A stretch of DNA of 63,081 bases, the filler included, from Hyphochytrium catenoides (Eukaryota; Protista; Hyphochytriomycota): assembly GCA_900088475.1 (NCBI GenBank). It is 6 parts of 6 records of this genome, joined end to end, with 100 filler letters (N's around TTAATTAATTAA, not from the genome) between each part and the next. Parts side by side here need not be neighbours in the genome. Positions count along the whole stretch, not along the records: positions 39,035 to 51,921 come from FLMG01002339.1; positions 52,022 to 56,154 come from FLMG01000737.1; positions 56,255 to 63,081 come from FLMG01000780.1; 3 more parts are not named here. One strand, given 5' to 3'. The notes beneath the pieces are model-generated. The model had not been told where the DNA came from, ran no database searches, and saw nothing but the letters and a program-made list of their open reading frames with translations. The position numbers and the translations under genes are program-made. Of the stretch, positions 50,657 through 62,875 are shown piece by piece; position 1 is the stretch's first letter, and each line of letters begins with the position of its first letter.

Positions 50657-50911
50657 TTATAAGTCCTTGACATCCTCCAGGTCGCCCGCAGCCCCAAAGT
50701 GTGAGCCTTCATTTCGCCTCCTTGCTGCTCGGTCTCTGTCTGCCTCCCTCTGGACCGCGCTCTTCCTTGAGTCTGGTATTACGGTGGCCAGCGTCCTGTC
50801 TATCGAGTCCGTCACTTTCTCCTTGGCTCTTGTGGCTATCCCTTTTTGACTGTTTGGAGTGGTCTCTTCTTCAATCTGCTGGGACAGATCTTTGCGCCAC
50901 AGGTCTGTCAT
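50657..50911 (-). CDS. Hsp12/Hsp9-family small stress protein (84 aa)
   Basis: MTDLWRKDLSQQIEEETTPNSQKGIATRAKEKVTDSIDR..VIPDSRKSAVQ..D matches, without gaps, the yeast Hsp12/Hsp9 pattern MSD..RK....E...PDSQKS....KE.ITD..DK....P...K...Q..D (recalled, not searched). Confidence 0.75.
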   Translation of the reverse strand: MTDLWRKDLSQQIEEETTPNSQKGIATRAKEKVTDSIDRTLATVIPDSRKSAVQREADRDRAARRRNEGSHFGAAGDLEDVKDL

Positions 50912-51921
50912 AGTTCTCTTTGGTGACGAATTGGACGACGCTAGTAGTAGTATAGGGAAGGGAACACTGTCAGTCAACTCCTCCTCCTTCAAACCTAAGT
51001 GAGTGTCTCTCTCTATTGCTGGGGTGAAAAGGAAAATTTAAGTCTGAGGGCTGGATGGCAGGTCATCCGCAAACTTCAATAGTGGAGGTATGAAGGGCCC
51101 ACCCCCGGCAGTCAAGGAACTCAGTTCCCTCCTGAATGTGCACGGAGGAACACCCTTCCTAGTATTGGAAGAATGTTCGAAGCAGCCAGAGACAACCAGC
51201 TAGCCCAAAAGAATGACCAGGAGAAGGGCGCACAAGCGGGATGATGAAAATCAAGGGAGCTGGCGAAGAGCTGACAGCCATCAGAGCCACGTTAGAACTG
51301 CGCGATTGAGATCGGGAGGGAGAAAGAGCGAACAGAGCCATCTAGCACCTTTAGTGCACTTGCAAGGCTGCCTCGCCCTCCTGACCTGACGACGTGAGCC
51401 CGAGCAGCACTGAAAAGATGAAGGCGAAGCAGGAGAAGAGGAGCCTTCTCTGTCCTCCGCCCGGTCGATGGAGGATGAAGATCAAGAAGAGAACGAAGAA
51501 CAACAGCAGGAAAAGTATGTGCGAAGTCCGGAGAAAGGTGATGGTTCCGCTACATAATACCAAGCGCAAACAGCACAAAGGGTGCCTAGGAAAATAAAGA
51601 CTTTGTGCTCGGTCAACCTCTCTTCTTGGACCACCACAACCAACCTCCCCCTATTCTCACACTGTGTACACCGGTACTACCACCCCTAAGAATATACTCC
51701 TTAACATAATGAAGATCTACCTAACCTAACAAACGTTACAACCTCTTTAATGGGGCCAAATGCGCATGATGAGGTTTGATTATCTCTTTCTAGTTATCAC
51801 TGATGTTAAATAGAGATGATCTGATGTTGCGGGGAGCGAGAGCAGACGAAGACCAATTCTCAACCTTTTTGACCATCTGGTAACAGACATAGAGAGAGAG
51901 GGAGAGAGAGAGAGAGAGAGA

Positions 51922-52021
51922 NNNNNNNNNNNNNNNNNNNNNNNNNNNNNNNNNNNNNNNNNNNNTTAATTAATTAANNNNNNNNNNNNNNNNNNNNNNN
52001 NNNNNNNNNNNNNNNNNNNNN
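51922..52021. other. Artificial contig-joining spacer
   Basis: N44-TTAATTAATTAA-N44. Confidence 0.97.
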
Positions 52022-52765
52022 AGAGAGAGAGAGAGGGAGAGAGAGAGGGGGAGAGAGAGAGGGAGTGAGAGAGGAAGAGAGGAGGGAGAAAGAGAGAGAG
52101 GGAGAGAGAGGGAGGTAAGAGGTAAGGTTACATACTTCCCTGCATTGAAGAGAGGTGAGTACAAAGTCCTTCCAATCTGCGGGGAAATGAGGGCAACCTC
52201 AGTCCAGAACGAGCTAGTTCTACATACGACTCAGGCGTCATCACTCCTCTTCTATTCTCTCTCTTCCTCTCTCTCTCTCCTGGTAAGGCAAGTACGTAAG
52301 CTTGCTTCCCTGCCTCTCCATAGGAGAATCGGTAGATTTGAGAAAGACAACATAGGAGGGCGAGGAGAGGCCAATAATAGAGGGAAAGCAGGAAGATCTT
52401 ACTAAAGCGCCAGTGAGGCAGCGTTCTCCATGCCTTAGGAATAATAAACTGACACAGCTTCTTGGTGCCATCACCTTTTCTCTTCTCTCTTTCTGTGTGT
52501 TTCTCTCTCTCCTCTTCGTTCTCCTTTGTTCGCCGTTTCTCTCCGTCACACCGCCAAGCCGCCCACTGTCTATTGTCATTACCCGCCAGGCGCTGCAGCT
52601 TCATTAGACCGCGCCATTCCTCCGTTCAGTGGCAGCGACCGTAGCCTCTCATTATATCTTCTTCATCCTCGAGCGATTAGACAGCGTTTCGTCTCAGTAC
52701 TTTCCTTTCCTTTCGCATCCTCCTCCCACTACGATTCCTATCTCCAATCTCTTCATTGTAAGCTT

Positions 52766-52807
<42 letters not shown>

Positions 52808-52835
52808 TTTTCTTTGTCTTCTGTTGCCCAGCACC

Positions 52836-55295
52836 ATGCCGGCGGAGCCTGACAGCTGCTACCTTCCCATAGAAGATTATGGCGTCATCGGGAACATGCG
52901 GACAGTGGCTCTCGTCGGGATCAACGGCTCCATCGACTGGTACTGCTACCCGCACTTCGACTCGCCCTCTGTCTTTGGCTCTCTCCTGGACAAGAGGAAA
53001 GGAGGACGCTTCTCTCTCTCGCCCGAGGTGGGAGAGAAGCACGAAGACGTCAAGAGCAAGCAGATGTACTGGCCTGACACCAATGTACTTGTGACCCGCT
53101 TCTTCCTGGAAGAAGGCATAGCAGAGATCTTAGACTTCATGCCTGTGGGCCTTCCTCTAGAGCAGGACGGCTTCCACCAGCTCTTCAGACGTGTCCATTG
53201 CGTCAGAGGCTCTGTCAAGCTCCGTCTACACTGTGAGCCAGCCTTTAACTATGGTCTTACCGCCCATGAGACGACGCTGTATCCAGGTGGCGCGACCTTT
53301 GCTGGCGACGGGCTGACTTTAAAGCTCTCTACGAATGTCCCGCTGGCGCTACTTCCATCGGGGTCAGATGGAGAGAAAACGCAGAGAGAAGAAGGGAGAG
53401 AAACAAATGGAGAGAAGAAGGGAAAAGGGAATGGAGAGGCGGTAGGAAGCGTCTTTGAGCTAAAAGAAGGAGAATGCAAGGTGTTCTCTCTTCGCGGGAG
53501 TGAGGTTACCTCGAGCTGCGAGGCGTTAAGAGAGGAAGAAGACTTAGAAGAGTGTGCTGACAGACTCTTCCAGCTAACAGTGGGCTTCTGGCGAAAGTGG
53601 CTGTCTAAGTGCACTTACAGAGGGAGATGGAGAGAGCAGATCTTTCGCTCTGCTCTGATGCTCAAACTCCTAACGTTTGAACCGACGGGCGCCATCATTG
53701 CCGCTCCAACCTGTTCTCTTCCTGAGGTCCTAGGCGGGACGAGGAACTGGGATTACCGCTATTCCTGGATTAGAGACGCTGCCTTTACGGTGTATGCCCT
53801 GCTGAGAATAGGCTTTACGGAGGAGGCAGTAGGGTTTATCAGGTGGTTAGCCAAGTATGCAGCGAAGAATATTGACCCCAACCTTCCAATGCCCGTCCTC
53901 TTTGACGTACACGGAGAGCACAGAGTGATAGAGAGAGAGTTGACGCACCTGGAAGGATACAGGGGCTCTTCTCCTGTGAGAGTGGGCAATGATGCCTCTT
54001 GGCAGTTCCAGAACGATCTCTATGGAGAGCTAATAGACGCGCTCTATCTTGCAAACAAGTATGTGAGCCCTATCTCTTATGACCTTTGGTGCAGGATAAG
54101 AGAGAGAGTTAACTGGATCTGTGACCACTGGCATCTGCCCGATGACGGCGTGTGGGAGGTGCGGGGCTCTCCGAAGCACTATGTCTATTCCAAGGTTATG
54201 AACTGGGTGGCGCTAGACAGAGCGATCCGACTGGCAGATAAGCGGTCGTTCCCTTCTGATAAGGACCGTTGGCTCAAGGAGAGAGACAAGATATACGACG
54301 AGGTGTTGCAGAGAGGATGGAATGAGGAGCTGCAGGCGTTTACCCAGGAATATGAGGGATTGGAGTTGGACGCGTCTCTGCTGATCATGCCCATGGTTTT
54401 CTTCATGTCTCCTACTGACCCGCGAATGCTGAAGACGATTGATGCGATCTGTAGAAGTCCGAAGGACGGAGGGCTAGTGGCTGATGGATTAGTCTATAGG
54501 TGAGAAGGGGTACTGGCACATGTTCACGCACTTCTCTCACTTTTTCTCTCTCTGTCTGTCTCTCTTATCCCTTCGATTTCTCCTATTTCGTCTTTCTCTC
54601 TCTCTCTTCTTTTCTTCCCGTATCTTCCTTCACTCTACTCAGTGTCACCGCTGTCTGTCTTTCCTCTAAAGTCTGTTTCTTGTGAAGTTACTCCGGCTTT
54701 CTCTCTTTGTGTCCAGAGGACAGTCATCTTTAGACTAGGTGCCTTCCTCCCTGTTCCACTACCAAGAGTCTGCCTTTCCAAAATTTCGCAATACCTTTTT
54801 ATCCATTAGTCTCTTCTTCCCTACCTCTCCTCTCTATATCTTTGAACGTAGCTCTCTTTCCTCCGTGTCTCTTTTTCGGGAGGCTCTCTTTTAATGCCTC
54901 GTGTCTTCCTTAACTAAGAATTATTATTCTCTTCTCTCTTTCTTCATCTCCCTCTTCTGTTAAATGTTGTTTCTAAGCAACTGTCAACCGTGCTCCTCAG
55001 GTACAGACCTGGTCCAGACCTTGATGGTCTACCTGGGCATGAAGGCACGTTCAATATGTGTTCCTTCTGGCTGGTGGAGGCGCTCACGAGGGCAGGACAG
55101 ACAGATGTAAAGCGCCTTGATCAAGCACGGCTTCTCTTCGAACGTGCTCTAGGGTTCTCCAATCACTTAGGACTATATGCTGAGCAGACAGGCTTTAGAG
55201 GCGAGGCCCTAGGAAACTTCCCGCAGGCTTTCACTCATCTCGCGCTCATCAGTGCAGCCTTTAACCTTGACCGCACGCTCGGGAAGAGAGCCTAG
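52836..55295 (+). CDS. Glycoside hydrolase family 15 (cytosolic trehalase/glucoamylase-like), 2 exons
   Basis: Exons 52836-54499 and 55001-55295. Motifs [62 protein letters not shown] and [16 protein letters not shown]. No signal peptide. Confidence 0.94.
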
Positions 55296-55639
55296 AAGCA
55301 CGAAGAGCTATAATTTCCGTCCTCCTTCTGCTCTCTCTCAGCTATTTATAGAGCTAATAGAGTCTCAGCAGTAGAGGACGAGGATCATGGCACGAAGGAG
55401 TTGCAGAGGTTACCCTCTCCTTAACGAGCTTTCGTTCAGCATACACCTGCGTGCACTGCACCTTTCTTCCACTCTCTCAGTCTCCCGAGTACTGATGATC
55501 CGTCTATCATCCTCTCCTGTGGCAACTCCTCTTGTGTCCTCACTGCGTCCTTCTCTCCTCTCCCTCCGTCCTCTCTATTGCCTCTCCCTCTTGCTCACTC
55601 TCTCTCTCTCTTCTCTCCTCTCTATCGCCTCTCTCTTTT

Positions 55640-55689
<50 letters not shown>

Positions 55690-56154
55690 CTCTGAAAAAA
55701 AAGATCGTTACCAAGATGCCAAGCTCCCATCAGAACCCAGGAGAGCAGCCCCAGCCCCCCTACCACAGAGTCCTGCCCCATGTTGACCACTGCTTCTAAC
55801 ACTGCTTAAAATCAGGTGCAACAACAGGGGTGACCCCTTCACCTCACCCCCCTCTTTCACAAGGTCTATCACTTTCAGTATATAAAGGCTGTGTAATCAA
55901 CTCCGTCAACTCGCTAGATATACCAAATACCTCTGGTTAGGATTTATGATTTTAGGCTTTTATGAGGCTGTTTATTCTGATTAGCGAATAGACAGAGCTT
56001 CAACTCACGGCATTTCCTCTGAGGATCCGTCGTGGGACTGAGTGACAGCTTTTCGTGAGCTGAGGAAGGGTTCTCTCCATGTCTTCCTATCCAGACTCCC
56101 TCTTCTCTCTCTTCTCTCTCTCTTTCTCTCTCTCTCTTTCTCTCTCTCTCTTTC

Positions 56155-56254
56155 NNNNNNNNNNNNNNNNNNNNNNNNNNNNNNNNNNNNNNNNNNNNTT
56201 AATTAATTAANNNNNNNNNNNNNNNNNNNNNNNNNNNNNNNNNNNNNNNNNNNN
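56155..56254. other. Artificial contig-joining spacer
   Basis: N44-TTAATTAATTAA-N44. Confidence 0.97.
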
Positions 56255-56638
56255 GTCGATGGGCGTGTGATAGACATATCCGTTCTCATAGAAAGCGAGG
56301 TCTACGCCTGGAATCTTCCCTGAAGAAGAAAAGAAAGAGAGAGAGAGCAACAGAAAAGAGAGAGAGACAGATAGCAAAGAAGAGAGAGAGAGCAAGGGAG
56401 AGAGCAAGAGAAGAGAGAGAGGGAGAAAGAGAAGAGAAAGAGAGATAGAGTGAGTGAGAAAAAAGAAGCAAGAGAGGAGAGAGAGTGAGAAAGAGAAGGT
56501 GGTAGAAGAAGCGCAAGAGAACTGCCCCTAACAAGAGAAAGAAAGAGATGCAGCAGTCTGGGAGGAGACAGCACGGTCAAAAAGTTATAGTAGGGGAGCA
56601 AGAGAAGACAGGAAAAAGATTCTAGCAGAATCACCGGA

Positions 56639-56670
<32 letters not shown>

Positions 56671-56817
56671 NNNNNNNNNNNNNNNNNNNNNNNNNNNNNN
56701 NNGAGAGAGAGAGAGAGAGAGAGATGAGGACAAGAAGCAGCCTACCAAAGTCTCGGTAAATCCGATAGTCTGTATCCGAGGGGATGACACCGGACTTTAG
56801 CGGTGAGAGGTGGAGAG

Positions 56818-56865
<48 letters not shown>

Positions 56866-57190
56866 TGAGAGAGAGAGAAACCAAAAACGGAGAGAGAGGA
56901 GAGAGATGTGAATATGTTAGATTAGCAAGACGCAACCTCAGCAATAAATTAAAAAGACGTGTAAAGAGCTTCCGGAGGAAGGCGAAGGAGGAGGGACGAT
57001 ATGAAGAGAGAGAGGGAAACAGGGAGAGAGAGAGACCCGAAATGCAAATGTGAAGAGAGAGAGAGAGAAAGAGAAAGAAGGAGGAGAGGGAGGAAAAAGA
57101 GAGAGAATATGAGACTCTGGAGAGTAAACAAAAAGGGATGTGCAAGAGAGATTGAAAGAGAACTACAGAAAGAAGAGAGAGGAAAAGAGA

Positions 57191-57232
<42 letters not shown>

Positions 57233-57467
57233 AAGAACGAGCGAGAGAGAGCGGGCGAGGCCTTGTGGGAGAAGAGTAAAACCTGAAAAATCTCTTGCGC
57301 AATAATGTTTCCCAGTGGATGTGGGGCGTGCTTGGCATAGAGAAGAGTGAGGTCGTTGCTCCCGGTCTGGAAGAGCATTTCTCTCCCTCCCGCCCCGGCA
57401 GCCTCCAGGTTTACAAAGGCACGGATCTGCTTGCCCCAACGGTGCTGTCGGAGAGAGAGAGAGAGAG

Positions 57468-57514
<47 letters not shown>

Positions 57515-57955
57515 AACAGAGATATAGAAGAGAGAAAGAAGAGAGAGAGTGCGAGAGGAAAGTGCGAGAGAAAGATAGAGGGAAAGGGAGAACGCGCAAG
57601 TGAGAGAGAATGAGAGAGAGAAAAAGAGAGGGAAAGAGAAAAGAGAGAGAGAGAGAAAGGGTGAGGGAGAGAGAGAGAGAGAGAGAAGGAGAGGACGAGA
57701 GGGTAGTGAGAAGGAGTAGTGCATGTGAGACTAGTGCTTGTTCAGAAGAGAGAAAAACTGTGAAGCAAAAAAGAACACGACCATCGCTGAGAAAAGGTCT
57801 GTGAGGGAGACAACAGAGAGAAAGAGGGAAAGAGAGAAAGACACACAAGGAGTTCCCCGATCAGAGAGAGAGAGGGAATGAAGAGAGAATAGTGAAGGCT
57901 GCGTGACATAGGTGGAGAACGAATATTACTAGGATTGTTGGAAGGGGTACAAGAC

Positions 57956-57990
<35 letters not shown>

Positions 57991-59734
57991 AAAGAGAGAA
58001 ATTGAGAAAGAGGAGAGAGCGAGAGCTGGATGAATAGAGAAACCTGAGTGATGAAGCCGTGAGAGGCTTGTAGGACTGTCTCTTCGGCTCCTGCTCGCGG
58101 GGAAAGAGAGAGAGAGCGCGTAGAAGAGGGAGAGAGCAAGAAAACAGAGAGATGATAAAAAGGAGAAAAAAAGAGGTAGAGAAAGAAAGAGAGAGAACCG
58201 GACGACAAAGAAGACCGTAGCTGTCAGTAGGAGCTTTGGTAGCGATGGAAGTCAAAATGAGGGAGTAAGAGGATTGGAGAAAGACACGCCAGTGTAAAAG
58301 AGAGGAGAGAGAGAGCACAGTGCTAAGGAGAGAGAGAGCGAGCAAGGGGAGGGCATGGAAATAAAAGAGAAGAGAGAGAGAGAGAGAGAATGGTTGAAAG
58401 ATATGGTAGAAAGAGAGAGAGTGAGAGAGAGGACATGGAGGCCATGACAGTAAAAGAGCAGAGAGCGAGAGATATAGAGAGAGAGACCGTGTAGAAAGAA
58501 GAAAGAAAGAAAGAAAAGAAAAAATAAGAGAGAGAGAGAGAGAGAAACACCATTAAAGTTATAGATAATGCCGTGCTTGGCTGGTGGCTGTGTGCTGGTC
58601 GCACGAAGGATTTCCAGCATGGTGACGATCATTATCCCGTCGTCAGAGGCCGCCGGCGAGCCCGGCGCAGCATCATAATGAGAGGAGAGAAGCACCGCCA
58701 CTGGAGAAGAGAGAGAGAAGAAGAGAGAGAGAGAGAGAAGGAGAGAGAGAAGAAGAGAGAGGAAAGAAGAGAGAGAAAAGAAGAGAGACCGAGAGAGAGA
58801 GAGACAGGTTAGTTAAAGGCAGGAGGAGAGATAAAGGGTGTGAGAGGGAAGAAGAGAGAGAAAAAGAACGAAAGAGAGAAACCGGGAAGAGAGACAGAAA
58901 GAGAGGGAGAGAGAAGTTAGTTTGACGACAGGAGTAGAGACAGATTGACAAGCGGAACAGAGACAAAGGGATGAGTCAACGAAGGGGGAAGATGGAAGGA
59001 AAGGGGAAGAAAGAGAGATAAAGACAAAGAGCGAGCGAGAGAGAGAGAGAGAGAGAGAGAGTACCCAGATCGGAGGGAAGGTGGATGGTAAGATGCCATG
59101 GCGAAGAGAGAGAGGTGCTGCTAGGATTCATAGGTAGGACCAAAGAAGAAAGGACACAGAGCGCGAGGAGTCTAGGAGAAGAGAGAAAGAAAGAAAGAAA
59201 GAGAGGAGAGAGAGAGAGAGAATAAGAGAGAGAGAGAGAGAAGAGAACCATGGTCATCCGCCAATCCGCTGTTAGGAGTCATCCTGACAAGGATGTTGGT
59301 AACATTTTGGTAAGCATTCTGAAAGCCGCCCAGGAAGTCCAAAGGGAAGAAACCTAGAGCCGGACAGGAGACAGAGAGAGAGAGAGAGAGGGAGAGAGAG
59401 AGAAAGGGAAAAGGAGATTGATCATCAGCCAAGGGGTAAAAAAAAAGAGTAGGAGAGGGACTTCTTGAAAAGCAGAGAAAAAGCCAGTGAAGAGGAAGCA
59501 AAGGCGCGTGGCGGAGAGAGAGAGAGAGAGAGAGCGAGAGAAAGCGCGACAAGCATAGGAGCGGAGAGAGAGGAAGAAGAAAGAAGAGAGAGACGGCTTG
59601 GGTGCAAGGAAGACATAGAAAATTTAATCCAGAAAATAGAAAGGGAAAGAAGTAGAAGTTGAAGAGTTTGGGAGAGATCAGCAGGGGGATACAGCAAAGA
59701 TAAAAGAGAGAGACCGGAGAGGGAGAGGGGATAC

Positions 59735-59775
<41 letters not shown>

Positions 59776-61059
59776 AGGAGGGAGAGAGGCAAAGAGAGGA
59801 CGGAGAGAAGAAAGACAAAGCATGCTTGCGAGAGACTCTAATACCTGAAGGGCGCTGGACCTCTATCTCAAGCTTCCACCCGGGGTGAGCAGATGCACCG
59901 ATCTCCCGCAGCTTCAGAGAAAAAGAGTGAGAGAGAGAGAGAGAGAAAGGGAGAGAGAGAGAGAGAGAGAGAGGGCCAGAGAGAGAGGAAGAGAGAGCCA
60001 GAGAGAGGGGAGGAGAGAGCCAGAGAGTGAGAGAGCCAGAGAGAGCGAGAAAGAGAGAAAGCAAGAGAGCCAGAGAAAGAGAGAGAGAAAGCAGCCAGAT
60101 AGAGAGAGGAAGAGAGAGAGAGAGAGAACGAGCCAGACAGAGATAGAGCCCACAAAAAGAGTGAGAAGAGCGATTGCGAGACGGGAAGGAGCGAAAGGGA
60201 AGAANNNNNNNNNNNNNNNNNNNNNNNNNNNNNNNNNNNNNNNNNNNNNNNNNNNNNNNNNNNNNNNNNNNNNNNNNNNNNNNNNNNNNNNNNNNNNNNN
60301 NNNNNNGAGAGAGGGGGGTGGAAAGAGAGCGGTCAGCCAATCACCAAAGGACACTTCGTTACTATACAAATTTGAGAAGAGAATGAGAAGAGAGAGAGAA
60401 AGGCGATGGGACGAAAATTGCCTGGAAAAGAGGATGTGGGGAAGGAGGAAAGAGGCCATTTTGAAGAGACACAGTTACGGGAGGAAGAAGAGAGGAAGAG
60501 AAAGGAAGGAAAGAGAGGAGGTAACCCACGAAAAGGCAATGAAGACACAATTTTACATAGACAGAGAGAAAACATCGAGAGAAAGAGAGAATTGAAAAAT
60601 GAAGTCCGGGAGCGAGATGGGAACCAAGGTAGGAAGAAGGAAGTAGCAAGAGAGAGAGAAGAGAGAGAGAGAAGAAAGAAGGGAAATGAGAGACAAAAGA
60701 GAGAGAAAAGAGAGACTATGACAGCGAATACGAGAAAAAAGAAAAGAGAAAGAGAGAGAGGGAGAGAGAGAGAGACAAAAGAGAGACCAAGGCGAGAGAG
60801 AGAAGAGCCAAAGAGAGACCAACAGGAGACACAGAGAGAGAGAGAGAGAGTAGCGCTCGCTTACTCTGCGTAAGATAAAGTTAGGCGCTTCCACTTCATT
60901 GGCGTAGCTCCCCACATTCCTGACTCCAAAGCCACAGAGAGTCCGCAGATCTGCCATCGCGCGGCCCTCGGAGAAGAGAGAGAGGGAAGACGATGCAGGC
61001 AGGGGAGAAGGGAGAAAGGTCCGCCGGTACTCGACTATACAGCTAAAGGGAGACAAGTA

Positions 61060-61097
<38 letters not shown>

Positions 61098-61758
61098 CCA
61101 AGAGAGAGAGAGAGGAAGAGAGAGAGAGAAAAAACGGACCAAGAGAGTGTGAGACCCCAAGATTGAGTTAGAGAGAAAGAGAGAATAAAATAAAGGAGAG
61201 AGAGAGAGACAGAGAGGAGGGAGAGAGAAGAGAGAGGAAGACCCAGGGAGAAAGGGACCCACAAACATTGAGTTAGGAGAGAAGGCAATATTAAAAAGGC
61301 GGGGTAGGGAAGAGAGAGAAAGAGAGGGAGAGAGGAGAAAGAGAGGGAGGGAGAGAAATTGAGAGTCAGAGTTGGACCGCGGGACAGAGCGTTGCTGAAA
61401 GGAGAGAGAGAGAGAGAGATATGGGTGAGGCCAAGAGACAGAAAGGATAGGTCAGAAAGGGAGAGAGACACAGAGAGAGAGAAGAATTGAGACGGCGACG
61501 GAGTGGACGTAAGAAAGAGAGTGCCGTTAAATAGAAAGCCTTTCTCTCTTCTCCTTACCCGACGCTCACAGCGAAGATCAGGAAAGAGAGAAGGACAGTT
61601 CCTGAAGAGAGAGAGCGCGTCCGTCCAGGAGATGTCTTTTGTCCTCTCGGTAGAGCGCCAGGAAGAGTGTCTTCGATTGGTTTCTCTCCATTATCGCTCT
61701 CTCCCTTTCTCCCGCCTTTGGAGGCCACGACACGGCGACGCGGGTCAGCGGTAGCCAT
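56255..61758 (-). CDS. ERMP1: ER metallopeptidase 1-like M28 peptidase (5' part, truncated at contig end), many small exons
   Basis: Exons encode FSEGRAMADL..GVRNVGSYANE, YQNVTNILVR, LLSSHYDAAPGSPAASDDG..MLE, FNGAEE..QASHGFITQ, FVNLEAAGAGGRE.LFQTG, IPSDTDYRIYRDFG and IPGVDLAF..NGYVYHTPID. Confidence 0.9.
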
Positions 61759-62030
61759 CCTTTCTCTCTCTCTCTCTCTTCTCTTTTCTCGTTCCTCTCT
61801 CTCTCTCTCTCTTCTCTTCGCGTGTGTGTCTTCTCTCTGCTGAAGAAAGGGCCGTGGTTCCCCGGCTCTTCTCAGTTTTGCTTGGCAATGTCCGAGAAGA
61901 TGGAATCTTCAGAATGCAGTCCCGATCAAGTCTCCCTCTCTCCCCTCGCTCTTTCTCATACTCTCTTTCCCCCGGTCACCATGACGCTATCTCTTTCTGT
62001 GTCTTTCTCTCTCTTGCCCTTTCTCTCTCC

Positions 62031-62071
<41 letters not shown>

Positions 62072-62257
62072 TCTCTCTCTCTCTCTTCTTCCCTCTTAGA
62101 AGCCTTTCTTTTCTCTCCTCCGCATCATCACCTGCACTTCATCATTCTGCGAGGGTCAGGAAAGCATTGGAAGAGGTCCAAGAAGAGAAAAGGACGAGGG
62201 AACATTATGGACTACTAGAACTACCTGAAGGCAAAGAGGCAGAGAGAATGCACAGGG

Positions 62258-62310
<53 letters not shown>
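56320..62310. repeat. Dense (AG)n/(CT)n microsatellite, mainly intronic; similar tracts at ~1-2700, 5700-5880, 36100-38930, 49330-49600 and 55560-55690
   Basis: Perfect and imperfect dinucleotide tracts visible directly. Most small N gaps and contig ends abut them. Confidence 0.95.
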
Positions 62311-62311
<1 letters not shown>

Positions 62312-62429
62312 TCCAAATAGAATCTTCCTTTCTGATCCTTCACCGCATGACTAAAAATCATGGGTAGTTATGCTGACAAGCTTAATCGGATAATACGCCG
62401 CCATCCTCTAGTTAGACTGTAGCTTCCTT

Positions 62430-62620
62430 CCGCTATCTACCCAATCATAATCCTCTGGGTTGAGTTGACTCCCATTTGTTTGAACAGAGAATATTCCGCA
62501 TTAGGATTCACGGCGGGGTGGAACCATCGTGGGCAGAGGGCCAATTTAAGGACATCCCCCAGGAGAACGACAGTCCTATAAAACGTTATCCTTGATTCTA
62601 TTACTAGTTATCACTCTTCA
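62430..62620 (+). repeat. Fragment of a diverged dispersed repeat also present at ~43240-43400
   Basis: Shared colinear words TTGAGTTGACTC (62460/43277), GCATTAGGA (62498/43308) and CCAG.AGA.CGA (~62549/~43384). Confidence 0.45.
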
Positions 62621-62822
62621 CAGAAACGAAGCTTTCAGTAACGGATTATTCCCCATAATTTCATCCCTATTATAGTGAGCCTTGGGTGTTGGGAATCCTT
62701 CATGAAGGATACAAAATTGCGTTCTTACTAGCCGTTAGCATTCTTGAGATGAATCTTCCCAAAATCTTCAAAATCCACGTTTTGGTACCTTCTCTCCATT
62801 TCTCAATCTCATCTCTCTCTTC

Positions 62823-62875
<53 letters not shown>

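Noticed and set aside
31077-55295. Functional cluster of TOP3B, AGO and GH15 with the stress genes
   Set aside because: These lie on different pieces separated by artificial spacers, so adjacency is meaningless.
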